From the NCBI GenBank assembly GCA_040143965.1, contig JASJQH010006905.1:1-44443 (forward strand): a stretch of 44,443 nt of DNA. Reading direction: 5' to 3'. The stretch is from Basidiobolus ranarum. Lineage: Eukaryota. This document shows positions 25,252 to 36,300 of this stretch, in pieces. Position 1 is the stretch's first letter; every line of letters begins with the position of its first letter. The notes under the pieces were generated by a model. That model worked only from the letters and a program-made list of their open reading frames with translations, did no database searches and was not told where the DNA came from. Both the position numbers and the translations under genes were made by a program.

Positions 25252-25577
25252 ACATTAGTCTTATGTTCTTTTGAATTTATGTTTAATAAAGCTTCAAGTA
25301 CATTCATCATATAGACATGCTTTTGTATCACTAGTACACAACACCCCCTAAGCCAAATTAGAGGTTATCTCTCTTCAGTTATCACTACAACCGATCGAAT
25401 TAAAGGCTGCCTCTATGGTTACCTCTACGGCTACAGATAGGTAGTGGATTATAGGTAGATAGGTAGTAAATCAGTTATTCAATAGCAGTACAAATCAAAT
25501 TGAGCAAATATTTCTAAAATAGTCATTTATTATATCTATAATATTATGAGATCGTTCCATACTGGAGATTATGTGAA

Positions 25578-25937
25578 TTAGAAGGAGTCGATCAACTTTA
25601 TAATATCTTGTTCCGGGAATTCCACTTGAAAGCTTGGGCTAGAGTCACTTGGCTTGGCTTGGCCAAAAAGACGAGAGACCACAGGTCCTACAAGTGGTAT
25701 GTAGCCTGCCCCTGTACTTATGTAGCTCAACAGCGGTACGATTAATTCGCTTCGAGTGTCGTTTTCTGAGCTATTTTCATCAAGTAGAGCTTTTCGCATC
25801 ACGGAGCCGGGGGCCTGAACCTCGTTTCTATTAACATCAGAGGTCTTGAAATCAGTCAATGGATAGCTTATTGAAAGCTGAAAGCAAGCCACCAGGATTA
25901 TCAACGCCTTAATAAGAAACCAGACACCCTTTTCCAT
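25578..25937 (-). CDS. Small secreted protein (119 aa) with a hydrophobic/amphipathic internal segment
   Basis: ATG at 25937. Signal peptide MEKGVWFLIKALIILVACFQLSIS|YP, then an RK site, an acidic spacer, and LIVPLLSYISTGAGYIPLVGPVVSRLFG. Confidence 0.7.
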   Translation of the reverse strand: MEKGVWFLIKALIILVACFQLSISYPLTDFKTSDVNRNEVQAPGSVMRKALLDENSSENDTRSELIVPLLSYISTGAGYIPLVGPVVSRLFGQAKPSDSSPSFQVEFPEQDIIKLIDSF

Positions 25938-26381
25938 CTTGAAATAAGAAGACAAGAGTTAGACAGAAGCGGTGCCAGCCGGGTTTTATTCAATTGACTT
26001 CTGGTATCTGCGACATTTACTCAAACTGGTATCGTTTCAATCAAGTATATGAAGCTCTAACCGTACAAACACAACTGTTGCGTTTCGGCTGTGCGATTAA
26101 ATGTCCTACTATGGTAGTGTTTCTGAATTTAACAATGCATGTATATTCTTAGTGTTGTTATCGAAGATACAGTATCTTGATTGTCTCTTAGTTTTGTTAT
26201 TGGTTATAATTTGCTGTAATGTCCATCTATTCGATACCCGCAAATCATCTATACTGGGGAGGAACCAATCAGTGTCCCTTACTATAATCACCCCAATGCA
26301 ATTGAGTATTTTAAAGAAACTTCCAACTTTCCAGCCTCTTAGCACTGCTCCTGCATTTTCTTCCCGCTAGTAATTCGTATT

Positions 26382-27729
26382 ATGTCCGGCCTACAAGGTA
26401 TATACCATAGAAGTTGCTAGGCAACAACTATGTCACTTATAGCCAATATTAACTCGGAATTTACCCACTCTAGACGTCTATATTGTTTCTTCCGTTCGTA
26501 CCGCCATGGGTGGTTTCGGGGGCTCACTTGTTTCTCTCACAGCAGTTCAACTTGGTTCCAAAGCTGTTAAAGGTTAGTTTATTTAGAAGTTTTCTCAATA
26601 ATAGTTTGCACCTCTCTTACATGTTTGTCATCTTCAAGGTGCCCTTGAGAAGATCAACTTGGCTCCTTCCGAAGTACAAGAAGTTTTCTTCGGTAATGTA
26701 TGCTCTGCTAACCTTGGCCAAAACCCCGCAAAGCAAGTTGCCCTTGGTGCCAACATTCCTGATTCAGTCATCTGTACCAACATCAACAAAGTCTGTGCCT
26801 CTGGAATGAAGGCCTTGATGCTAGCCACTCAGTCGATTATGCTTGGTCAAGCTGATGTCATTGTTGCTGGTGGTACTGAATCCATGTCCAATGTTCCTTA
26901 CTACCTTCCCAAGGCCAGATTCGGTGCCAAGTATGGTGACGCCACCATGGTTGATGGTCTTGCCAACGATGGTTTGATGGATCCTTATGATAAGGTTGCT
27001 ATGGGAATTGCTGCTGAAGAGTGCGCCAAAGAACACAACATCTCTCGCGAAGAACAAGATGACTTCGCCATTAGAAGTTACACTTTAGCTAATGAGGCTA
27101 CTAAGGCCGGTTTCTTCAAGGAAGAAATTGTTCCCATTGAAGTTTCTCAAGGTCGCGGTAAACCTGCCAAGATTGTAGACGCTGATGATGAAGTTTCCAA
27201 ATGTAACCCTGATAAACTCCGTTCAGTTCGTCCCGCTTTTACTGAGAATGGTACTGTCACCGCTGCCAACGCCTCTACCTTATCTGATGGTGCTGCTGCT
27301 TTAGTTCTCGTTTCTGGAGATAAATTGAAGACTCTTAACCTTCCTGAAGGACATACTATTTATAAGATCCGTTCATTCGCCGATGCTGCTCAAGCCCCTA
27401 TTAAGTTCACCACCACTCCTTCTCTTGCTATCCCTAAGGCTTTGGAGAAAGCTCAATTAAAGATTGATGATGTGGATTTCTTTGAAATTAACGAGGCTTT
27501 CGCCGTTGTTTCTCTTGCCAACTCCAAGATCTTGAACCTTGATTCTAACAAGGTGAATATTGCTGGTGGTGCCGTCTCTATGGGACATCCTTTGGGATGT
27601 TCTGGAGCTAGAATCATTGTCACTCTGTGTAACATCTTGAAACAAAAGGATGGTAAGGTTGGTGTTGCTGGTATCTGTAACGGTGGTGGTGGTGCCAGCG
27701 CCGTTGTCATTGAACGTGTTCAAAATTAA
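26382..27729 (+). CDS. ERG10: Acetyl-CoA C-acetyltransferase (biosynthetic thiolase); 2 short 5' introns
   Basis: Spliced MSGLQDVYIVSSVRTAMGGFGGSL.., then NKVCASGMKA (catalytic Cys), NEAF, GHPLGCSGARI and ICNGGGGASA. Confidence 0.93.
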
Positions 27730-28064
27730 GTGGGATAATGATTATTAAGGAATTCATTCGATATCGAAACCAATACCCATACCCGCCCAACCCTTGACAT
27801 TTAAACGTAAATAAATAATCTAATTCAACGAGATCAATATATTATTCCATGTTGTAAGAAATGATTTTGAATAACATTTAGTAAATGAATGATCTCAATT
27901 ACTATCAACAAATACTATCAACAAATCACCCAATGTAATATATAACAATGTAATATATAATTCAATTATTCTAGACCAATTCATTGGTATCATTCAAATT
28001 CAATTATTTTATGAAAATTGTAAATATAGTATATATACTTGACATACTCCGGTTATTTCCAACT

Positions 28065-28640
28065 ATGTTTGGGATAAAATACTTGATCATATTCCTTTCT
28101 CTCAGTAAAATCATCTATTCAGTCCCAATGACTCGTTTTCACTCGAAATCTACCGAGGAAAGAATCTCATCTTCGATCTCATTTACAACCAAGAATATAG
28201 TAACAATGCCTCAAAAGCGTGGGATTTACCTTGGGGGTCATGATAAAGGAAATATGAATGAGATCCATCAGAATGGGAGTAACAATGGTAATGGTAGTGT
28301 GAGTGCGAGCGTGAGTAATTCTCGAGGAAATGATTTCAAGGGAGATGGTACTTATTATAATCCTAGTGTTGGAGTCAGTGCTTGTGGATTGAATGCCGCT
28401 GATACTGAACTTGTAGCTGCTATCAATGCTCCACAATGGGGTGCCTCGGCTAACCCAAATAACAGTCCCTCTTGTGGAAGGTGTGTCAAAATAACCGGTC
28501 CTAATGGTACTGTTATGGCAAAGATTATTGATAAGTGTCCTAGTTGCGCATATGGCTCCATGGATTTAAGTCCAACTACCTTTGATAAGATAGCAAATAG
28601 AAGTCAAGGCCGTGTCAATATCACTTGGGGCTATTGTTAA
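28065..28640 (+). CDS. Secreted expansin-like / loosenin (RlpA-like DPBB domain) protein
   Basis: Signal peptide, a KR site and a Gly/Asn/Ser linker precede GDGTYYNPSVGVSACG..VAAIN..SCGRCVKI..IIDKCPSCAYGSMDLSPTTF..GRVNITW. Confidence 0.9.
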   Translation: MFGIKYLIIFLSLSKIIYSVPMTRFHSKSTEERISSSISFTTKNIVTMPQKRGIYLGGHDKGNMNEIHQNGSNNGNGSVSASVSNSRGNDFKGDGTYYNPSVGVSACGLNAADTELVAAINAPQWGASANPNNSPSCGRCVKITGPNGTVMAKIIDKCPSCAYGSMDLSPTTFDKIANRSQGRVNITWGYC

Positions 28641-28881
28641 CAATCAAAGGCCATATTACGAGTATAGTGGTAATACAACCTCACCATAGAAAGAGAAGTT
28701 AATAAACAAATCATCCTTTCATTTGTTGATTAATTGAATTTCTCTTTATAGCAAAAAATGTAGGAAAGTGATACAAGATTGTGATAATAACTGGATATCT
28801 CTTCTGTTGAGAAGATGCTTGGGTGTGATTCAAGGAAGAAAGGAATTAGTTCAAATAATAGTATCTATGGAAAATCTTCAT

Positions 28882-31464
28882 CTAATCTGTCTCTTCTCCG
28901 CTTAAAATGGTCTTGAAGTTGAAAGGTGTATATTTATGGCCCGAACCTTCATAGAATTTGTTATTGAACTCGACCCAATGGAGACGTAAGGCATGTAGGA
29001 ATGCTGAAAGTCCTTCCATAACCATTAGAATACTGACAGTCAGCGTAAACCACACCGCAAATCCAGCCCAAATACCGATGATATTAATGGGTGATGATAG
29101 CGAGAGAACGATTTTCAAGGTCATGTCCCAAAGTACACTTGATAGCTGAGCATGTGCTAACGATAGGGCCCATAAACGAAGGTAGGAGGCAGTATTGGAG
29201 ATGCAGCCAAGACAGAACTCGATAGTGTGTATCACCTGGTGGATCATTATATCACCAAATTCGAATTCCTCTTCAGCGTCCGATTCTTCGGTGATATGGA
29301 CAGTGTTTTGTCCATCATTCTTACTGAGTTCAGCATCTTGATCTTGACGTGGCGTATCGTTAGAATCTTCGGTATTTTTGACCACTTCCTTTCTAGGCTT
29401 GGTATCTCCATTATCGTCATCATCATCATCATCATCATTGGCGACCATGGCAACTTGAGCTCGTGTTTGCTTTTCCTGTCTATTGTGTTTGTATTTTAAG
29501 ATGAAAGGCTTGGCCAATAGCATCCATGGAATACACACTACTGCGACGAAAATCAACACTAGCTGGATTAACCCTTGGCCAGGATAGAGTTGATCTTTGG
29601 GGCTGACACTTCCAGGGCTCAGAAACATGTATATTAGCATGTTGAGTAAGCTCGGGGGGCTAATTGGCTGATTCGTCCAGTTAATTAGCCATTTGTAAAT
29701 AATACAAATGCAAAGGTATCCAAAGATACATTCCATAAACAAGATCTGTGGGATAAATTCGGCCCAGATAGCATACCAGTGGCGAAAATGTACATGATTA
29801 TAGATAGTTAGAACGATACCCATGGACATCTGCAGTACTCCCAATATCACCGACATTTTCATCTTGTATGAATTCGTAAAGATCAAGTAATTATCCGTTC
29901 CATGCCAAGCAGAGTCCAGACCAAATGGATAAACACCAACTGATCTGGCCTCTAGAGATTGGCCGTTCTGAGTGGCTTCAGGCCAAACCCAACCAGAAGG
30001 AAATATTGCCAGTGAGCGGGAAAACAAGTCATTATATATGAGTCCAGTAAAGATAGAGAACAGCCCCATTAAAAGAATAATGTAACGACCGCCAAACATC
30101 ATGGCGAAAATCTCCCCACCTTTGTATTTCGCTAAAGCCTTTTCCTTTAGTACTAACCAAAGAGCGAATGCAGTCATTAAGACACCATGCCCTAGATCAC
30201 CAAACATAACCGCGAACAAAAACGGAAAAGTGATAATTGTAAAGAGGCCAGGGTTAACTTCGCGATATTTAGCTACTCCGTAGGCATCGACGATGCTCTG
30301 AAACCCAACGCTGAACTTATTTGTACGATGGAAGGTGGGAGGTTGCCGTTTCGTTTGTAACGGAGTTAGAATTGGATACACTTGAGATCCTGCACTTTCC
30401 GCGGCTTCACGAAGAGAAAGTTGAGCGGAGGGGATGTCATTTGAAGGGCACCATCCTTCAGCTATCAGACACCTGCGATTTCGATCGTAATTGAAAAGAT
30501 TCATAATATGATAAATAGCTTTTTCTTTCTTAACTAGTATCACCCAATCTGAAAGGTTTCCTGCAATCTTCTCCAGCTCTGTGCGCCTAGTTTGGTTTGT
30601 ATTTTCCAGCACCTTATTAAGATCCGATAGTTTAGATTCGATTTCTAGAATGCGTATACGTCTCTGCTCGGGATTTGTGTCGATAGGGTAGAGCGTAGCA
30701 CCCATCGCATCAGCAATTTTCCTGACTTTCGAAAGAATCTCTTGACCATGGGCAAAGATTACAAAGGCTGACTTGTGAAGCTGATTTCCGCTTTGCCAGT
30801 CTGTCATTAATTCTGAGATTTCTGATTGATACATGTACAAGTTACCACGTAAGGTTCTCCACAGTATCCTTTCGAATACATTCACCTTTAGACGTGAAAT
30901 GGTTCCAGCCACAAAGCCTACTGAAGAGTTTTGCTGATTTAATTCAGTTTTTCCAGTTTCCACATCGTCTTCTGTTTGACCTTGTGCATTTGTATCGTGC
31001 TGAGTAGCAGATGGAATTGACTGAATGTCTTGTAAATTTGCTGAGCGTTCTAATACGTATTTGTGCTCGATCAATTCTTGACGTTGTCGTAGCAGGGTAC
31101 GATGGGAATCGTTGAAATTAGCCAACTTAGTTTCATGATCATTAAGCTGTTCAGTCAAATCGTGAATATCTCTTGTTGTTATGACCCGTTTAGCTTCGGG
31201 GCTATCTACATCAACCGATGAAATTTTTATGTTGGAGGATTCACACTGTTCACCAAAGTCTCGAAGTTGTCGTTCAATATCATTCAATCGTCGTATTTCA
31301 TCACTAAATGATCTCTGGAAAGAGCTCAGGTTTGGGTTTAGATCCCGAAATTGGATAAGTCCGCGTTCACCCAAATATGTCACTGTGGAATGAGATATCT
31401 CATTTGGGATGAAGAGTTGCACCAGAGACATCTCTTCCGAACGAAAGAGGGTTGACTTAGCCAT
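28882..31464 (-). CDS. VPH1: V-type ATPase V0 subunit a (Vph1/Stv1 family), intronless
   Basis: Motifs LFRSEEMSLVQL, FRDLN, IVDAYGVAKYREVNPG, FPFLFAVMFGD.GHG, SNTASYLRLWALSLAHAQLS (essential Arg) and LRLHWVEF. A (gat)n poly-Asp tract lies near 29414-29438. Confidence 0.95.
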   Translation of the reverse strand: MAKSTLFRSEEMSLVQLFIPNEISHSTVTYLGERGLIQFRDLNPNLSSFQRSFSDEIRRLNDIERQLRDFGEQCESSNIKISSVDVDSPEAKRVITTRDIHDLTEQLNDHETKLANFNDSHRTLLRQRQELIEHKYVLERSANLQDIQSIPSATQHDTNAQGQTEDDVETGKTELNQQNSSVGFVAGTISRLKVNVFERILWRTLRGNLYMYQSEISELMTDWQSGNQLHKSAFVIFAHGQEILSKVRKIADAMGATLYPIDTNPEQRRIRILEIESKLSDLNKVLENTNQTRRTELEKIAGNLSDWVILVKKEKAIYHIMNLFNYDRNRRCLIAEGWCPSNDIPSAQLSLREAAESAGSQVYPILTPLQTKRQPPTFHRTNKFSVGFQSIVDAYGVAKYREVNPGLFTIITFPFLFAVMFGDLGHGVLMTAFALWLVLKEKALAKYKGGEIFAMMFGGRYIILLMGLFSIFTGLIYNDLFSRSLAIFPSGWVWPEATQNGQSLEARSVGVYPFGLDSAWHGTDNYLIFTNSYKMKMSVILGVLQMSMGIVLTIYNHVHFRHWYAIWAEFIPQILFMECIFGYLCICIIYKWLINWTNQPISPPSLLNMLIYMFLSPGSVSPKDQLYPGQGLIQLVLIFVAVVCIPWMLLAKPFILKYKHNRQEKQTRAQVAMVANDDDDDDDDNGDTKPRKEVVKNTEDSNDTPRQDQDAELSKNDGQNTVHITEESDAEEEFEFGDIMIHQVIHTIEFCLGCISNTASYLRLWALSLAHAQLSSVLWDMTLKIVLSLSSPINIIGIWAGFAVWFTLTVSILMVMEGLSAFLHALRLHWVEFNNKFYEGSGHKYTPFNFKTILSGEETD

Positions 31465-33347
31465 ACTTTTAGAAGAAGGGAATAAAGTAAATGATCTAGG
31501 GATGTCCGTCTATGGAGCGTACTATATGCAATGAAATTGCTGGAATAATTTAGTCTAAAAGATTGGATGGCAAAGTTTGTTTAGTCTTGAATACATTCGG
31601 TAGCTTTACAAAGATAGCAGAAGTTAAAAACCCTCCTAGAGTTTGGAGACAATAAAGGTATGATTAAGGATATAGTGTATGTCTGTATACAAACTTTTTC
31701 AATCACGAGGCGAGGTTTAGGGCTTTATATGTATCGGAGTTGGATGTCATATGATACGGACTTACTGTATCTTTCAACAATGAATTGATACAAGTAGTTG
31801 GAGGCGAGATATGGCAATTCTAACAACTGATGCATCAGAAAATGAAAGCTCGCATGCCTGGAATTTGGACTAAGGTTCTTGAATACTTGATCAATTCATT
31901 CCTGAGTATTCGGTTACCGTGCTAGAAATTGGGGAGAGGGAAGCCATCAACAAAGATATGCATCCAATGTATGAAAATGTCAGGACTCCACTTACTAGTG
32001 CATCTTCGTCAAACCCATAGCTTTCCATTTGAGACGCTTTATCAAGTAGGAATTCATATCATTCGATATTTTTTGTTATGAATTGTTTTACCTAATGATA
32101 TAATACTCGAAAATTGTTAATGGAAGATCTCCATAGGGTTTCTCAGACTTTGAAAACAAGTGCATGACAATTAGGAGAATATCACGCTTCTTAGGCCAAA
32201 CCCTAGATCGAGTTTCAAAACAATTACGCACAATTAGATGATTTACGATTCCATAATGGTTGGTAGCTATTATCTTTTGACTTTTTATCGAACTATAGTA
32301 GTCTTCATAGTTCTCGACCTTAATCAGGTTCGATAGACCATGCAGAAGAAGCGTCACAATATAGAATGCTGGATTTAAACCTCGATGTGTTAGATAATAT
32401 CTCAGTGAGGGTGAAGTCTCCTGATATTGCTTATCAAAGAGATAAGGGTCGGGTTGGTATTGAAGTATATGCAGATACGATTTCCGTTATAATCCTCTTT
32501 CATCCCTTGTGGGAGTTTATGAATTCTGCTATCGAGACTTTTTAGTGTCAGATACTCTAGGGGTATGCAGCAGAAGTAATGGGCGTATATTAGAAGGATC
32601 AGGGTGCGTTTGAGGCCAGAGATTATTCTACAAGAGTCAGCAGGAAAATAAGGAATTTGATTTTAATGGTACTGTTAACCAAGGTTATTCCACTCGTTTA
32701 CAGAAAGATATCTATGGTATTTGTTTTTAAGGCACAGGCTTATAAATGCATTTCTTTACCATAGCATACATGTGTACCAGTGTGTATGCTAACATCTGCA
32801 AATCCCACTCAAAGTAGTTAACACGTTTACAATATGGCGATCAAAGCACGACCGCCGGTGGGCACAACCAGAATATCCAGATTAAGCTAATGTGAAAACT
32901 AAGCTCATTAAAGGTCACGAAGGTATAGCTCTTGGAAGATGCTTCTTGGGTAACCTCAATACAACTTATGACTATCAATAGTACAAACGTGTGTATCAAC
33001 AGTATTGTTCATACTCGGTGATTTCTGGAATACATTATTATACAATTACTTGCACAGAAATGTCAGATAAGATGTAGAAATCAGACAAGTAAATTACTAG
33101 TTTTGAATTGGAAGTATTACATGAAATTATTAATAAATAAATACATGTAAGTGATTAAAGTAAACAAAAGCTAAGAGGCAAGTGAAGAGGAAGTAAAATA
33201 TTAATCTAAATGATAATAGCAGGTGGGGGAAAGGTATAGTGACGATGAACAAAAAAGCGGAACAATAAACCATTATTAGGTACCTATGAGCACGATTATT
33301 AAGTTTTGAAATGAGATGATGATTTTGTATAGACCCAAGTCTGCTCT

Positions 33348-36300
33348 TCATGTCCGTTTCCAGGTTTCTTCGCCAAGACATCCCCTTTCGTGTCGTAGTT
33401 TTCTTATTGTGTCTAGTTGCTCCTGATGTAATGCTGCATTTCTCTCTAACCTTTGTTTGGTTTTACTCTTGATATCGACTAACGTCTTATTCAAATTAGA
33501 AGCATTTCGAAGTTGCTTATCCTTTTGTTGCTTCTCTCTTTTGTTGCGTCGAGCAATAACCTTTTCTTGATTTTTGCGGAAACCAGCAGCAATTGGTAGG
33601 TAAAGTGACTCAATTCTTTGCTCAATGGCATTCCGCTTGAGTACCGAGTCGGGCGAAGAGCTGTAGTACCATAACAGAAAGTCGTGTATATTATGAATAT
33701 GAATTCTCTCATTACCATCATTGATTATGGAGTCTGAATCACGATAATCTGAATATGACCGTGGAGAGTAATCTTCCGACTCGTGGAAGTATACATCCGA
33801 GGAGTCCTCTACTTTAACCGAAAACAACGACGTGAAAACTTCGGGGTCATCAAGTATTTTAGCAATAACCTTTCTATTTTCTTCAATTGCACCGATTACG
33901 CTTACCAGGATATCTCCAACCAAAGCTTGGAGATCACGTTCTGCGCGATGGAATATGCGAAGTAAAAATAAAATCCCGTTGGATTCTCGGAACTTCGGTT
34001 GATCAGCAATCATCTCAAATGAGAAATCCTCGATAAATTCTGCTTGTTCACCGGAGGGAAACTCGGCTTGAAGAACATTGATGATGATACTGTCTCTAAT
34101 GCTGAATAATCCCGTGGATTTCATGATGGTTCGTATGGCTGGGTTATTTTGACACGCAAGATGGTTGATAGTACTCACAAAATGTCGATAGATTTTGGCC
34201 GAAGAAGGGACATATTCATCGAGATGTTTGTACAGATACGCCAGATTCTTTAGGACATCGGTAGCAATGTCATAGATCAAATAAGGATTCTTGTCATAAA
34301 ACGACAGAGTGATTTCAACTAACTGGATTTCAAACTGGTCATTCTCAGCAACTGTTCCCTTGGTTTTGAAAATGACCGAATTCTTGCGGGATATATCGAA
34401 GATCATCATTTTCTGTATGAGGGAATCCGTAACCGAAATCATTCGTGCGTATCCTAGTTTCTCCGGGTTTGTGCGGTCCTGGAGGAATGATCGAATCCAT
34501 TCGGTCCAGTTGTAGTCCCAGAGTATAGCCATATTATCATTGTTGAGTATCCGTTTGATGTCCAATAATACCAAGCATAAAAGATCGACATCCGTGACAG
34601 ATTTAAGTAGATCGAGAATCAATCGGATGAACTCCGGGTAAATAAGGCGATCCGTAAATTTCAAATTATGGGAGAAGCTATCCACACTTGACCGAGGAGA
34701 TCGTACCCAAGGCCGCTCGTTACCATGGGCTTTAGGACTAGCCAGACATTGGTAGTGGTTAAGAGCCACGCCCAACAAGCATCGGGTAAGCTCTGCGGTA
34801 ACTGGAAATGGAGCCAAGAACAGAAACATCGCATCAAACACACCAAGCTTCGTCATGATCGAACGAGTTTGCTTAACATTAGTACTGATTAGCACTCCCA
34901 TCATCTTGAGAATAATCAAACGAAGCTTTTCGTTTTGAAATTCTAAGAATGAAAGCAACAATGTCAAACCCCCTATGTTTCGAATCATTTCAACGTAGGC
35001 AAGACTGTTAGACATATGCTTAAGCACGACTCCCAGTACTTCACATTTCATATCCAATGACTGTCTCTTCCCGTAAGACAAGAAGTTGAATAACTTCGTT
35101 ACCTCTTCGGTAGTCATATCTATCATCATCTTATCCATGATTCGTAAGGCAAATTGTCGCAAGGGTGATGGAAGTATGTGCAGCAGCTCGAATAGAATCT
35201 CCAAGCCTCCCATGCTTCTCCAATGCTTCATATTCTCAGGCACGTCGATTAGATGGTCTACCAGTATCCGAAGCACTGACAACTGAACCTGTTCTGGGCA
35301 ATTCATAAGCAAGTCTGAAATGAGCAAGAGGCAGTCCGAATTGCTAAAGATAAACTGCTCTCTTTTTCTCACTCCATCACTAGCTAACTCAAAAAGTGCC
35401 TCAAAATGAGTCCATGTCAATTCACTGGTATAATTGCGAAGGATCGAGTACAAAACATTAAAGCCCTTTTGTTCCGTAAATCGTTGAGTCAAATTAGGTG
35501 ATTTGCACAACAAATTCGATATAATTCGTAGACCAATGTGCTGTTGCTCAGGCCCCATCTCTAAGAAGGGGAAACAAAGCTGAATACCTCCAACCTCAGT
35601 GATAACGTCCTTGATAGATTTAGTAGAATGGATTGCACATCCTCCCTCCAGTTTACTCACTATCTTTGTTGGATCCGAAGATTCCCATATTTGTTTCATC
35701 AAACTGATATCAGAGGCAGAAGAGATGGAAATTTTGTCAGCTTCAGCATTCCCGTTTTCGCTGGCACAAATTTGAGGGTTGATTGCCACGACTTCCTTAT
35801 TTTCTATTCCTAGAGCACGAAACCCTTTTGTATAGCGTGGACCTTGGTTAGAGATTCGCTTGCTAGTCGCTTCATCCCAAAGCCCCTCCATTATGTGGAT
35901 AGATCCGATTTGTCCGCAAAAGTAGCCCTTGTGAAGTTTGTCTTGATCAGTGGGGCAGTCGCCATAGTGATGAGTTGACATGGTGGACCGAGGTTTAGTC
36001 GCTTTTCTTCCCACTACCAAAACAAATGGCTTTTCCTTTCCGGTAATTCTAGGATAGTTGAAGGTACCATAAGATTGGACTAGATACCCATCAACAAAAA
36101 GGGAGGTGCCATCTCTTGAATGAACAAACGCGATATGTCGCCAGATGTCAGTCTCTGAAAAATCAAATCCATCAAAGACAAAGTCCTCAGCTGGCAAAGG
36201 CCACTGTTGAGTTCTCACACAAAGACAGTACCGTTCAGACATGTCTAGAGCCTTAAAATAGAGTTCAAACATGGTGTTGGGTCCCGAGGGATCTTCATAG

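Noticed and set aside
25405-25470. Short repeats (ataggtag x3, cctcta.gg.tac) between the two secreted genes
   Set aside because: Low complexity, with no terminal inverted repeats or target-site duplication, so there is no evidence of a mobile element.
33130-33381. 83-aa ORF overlapping the stop of the BEACH-like gene as a possible frameshifted continuation
   Set aside because: It translates T-rich 3'UTR-like sequence with no PH or BEACH motifs and ends quickly.
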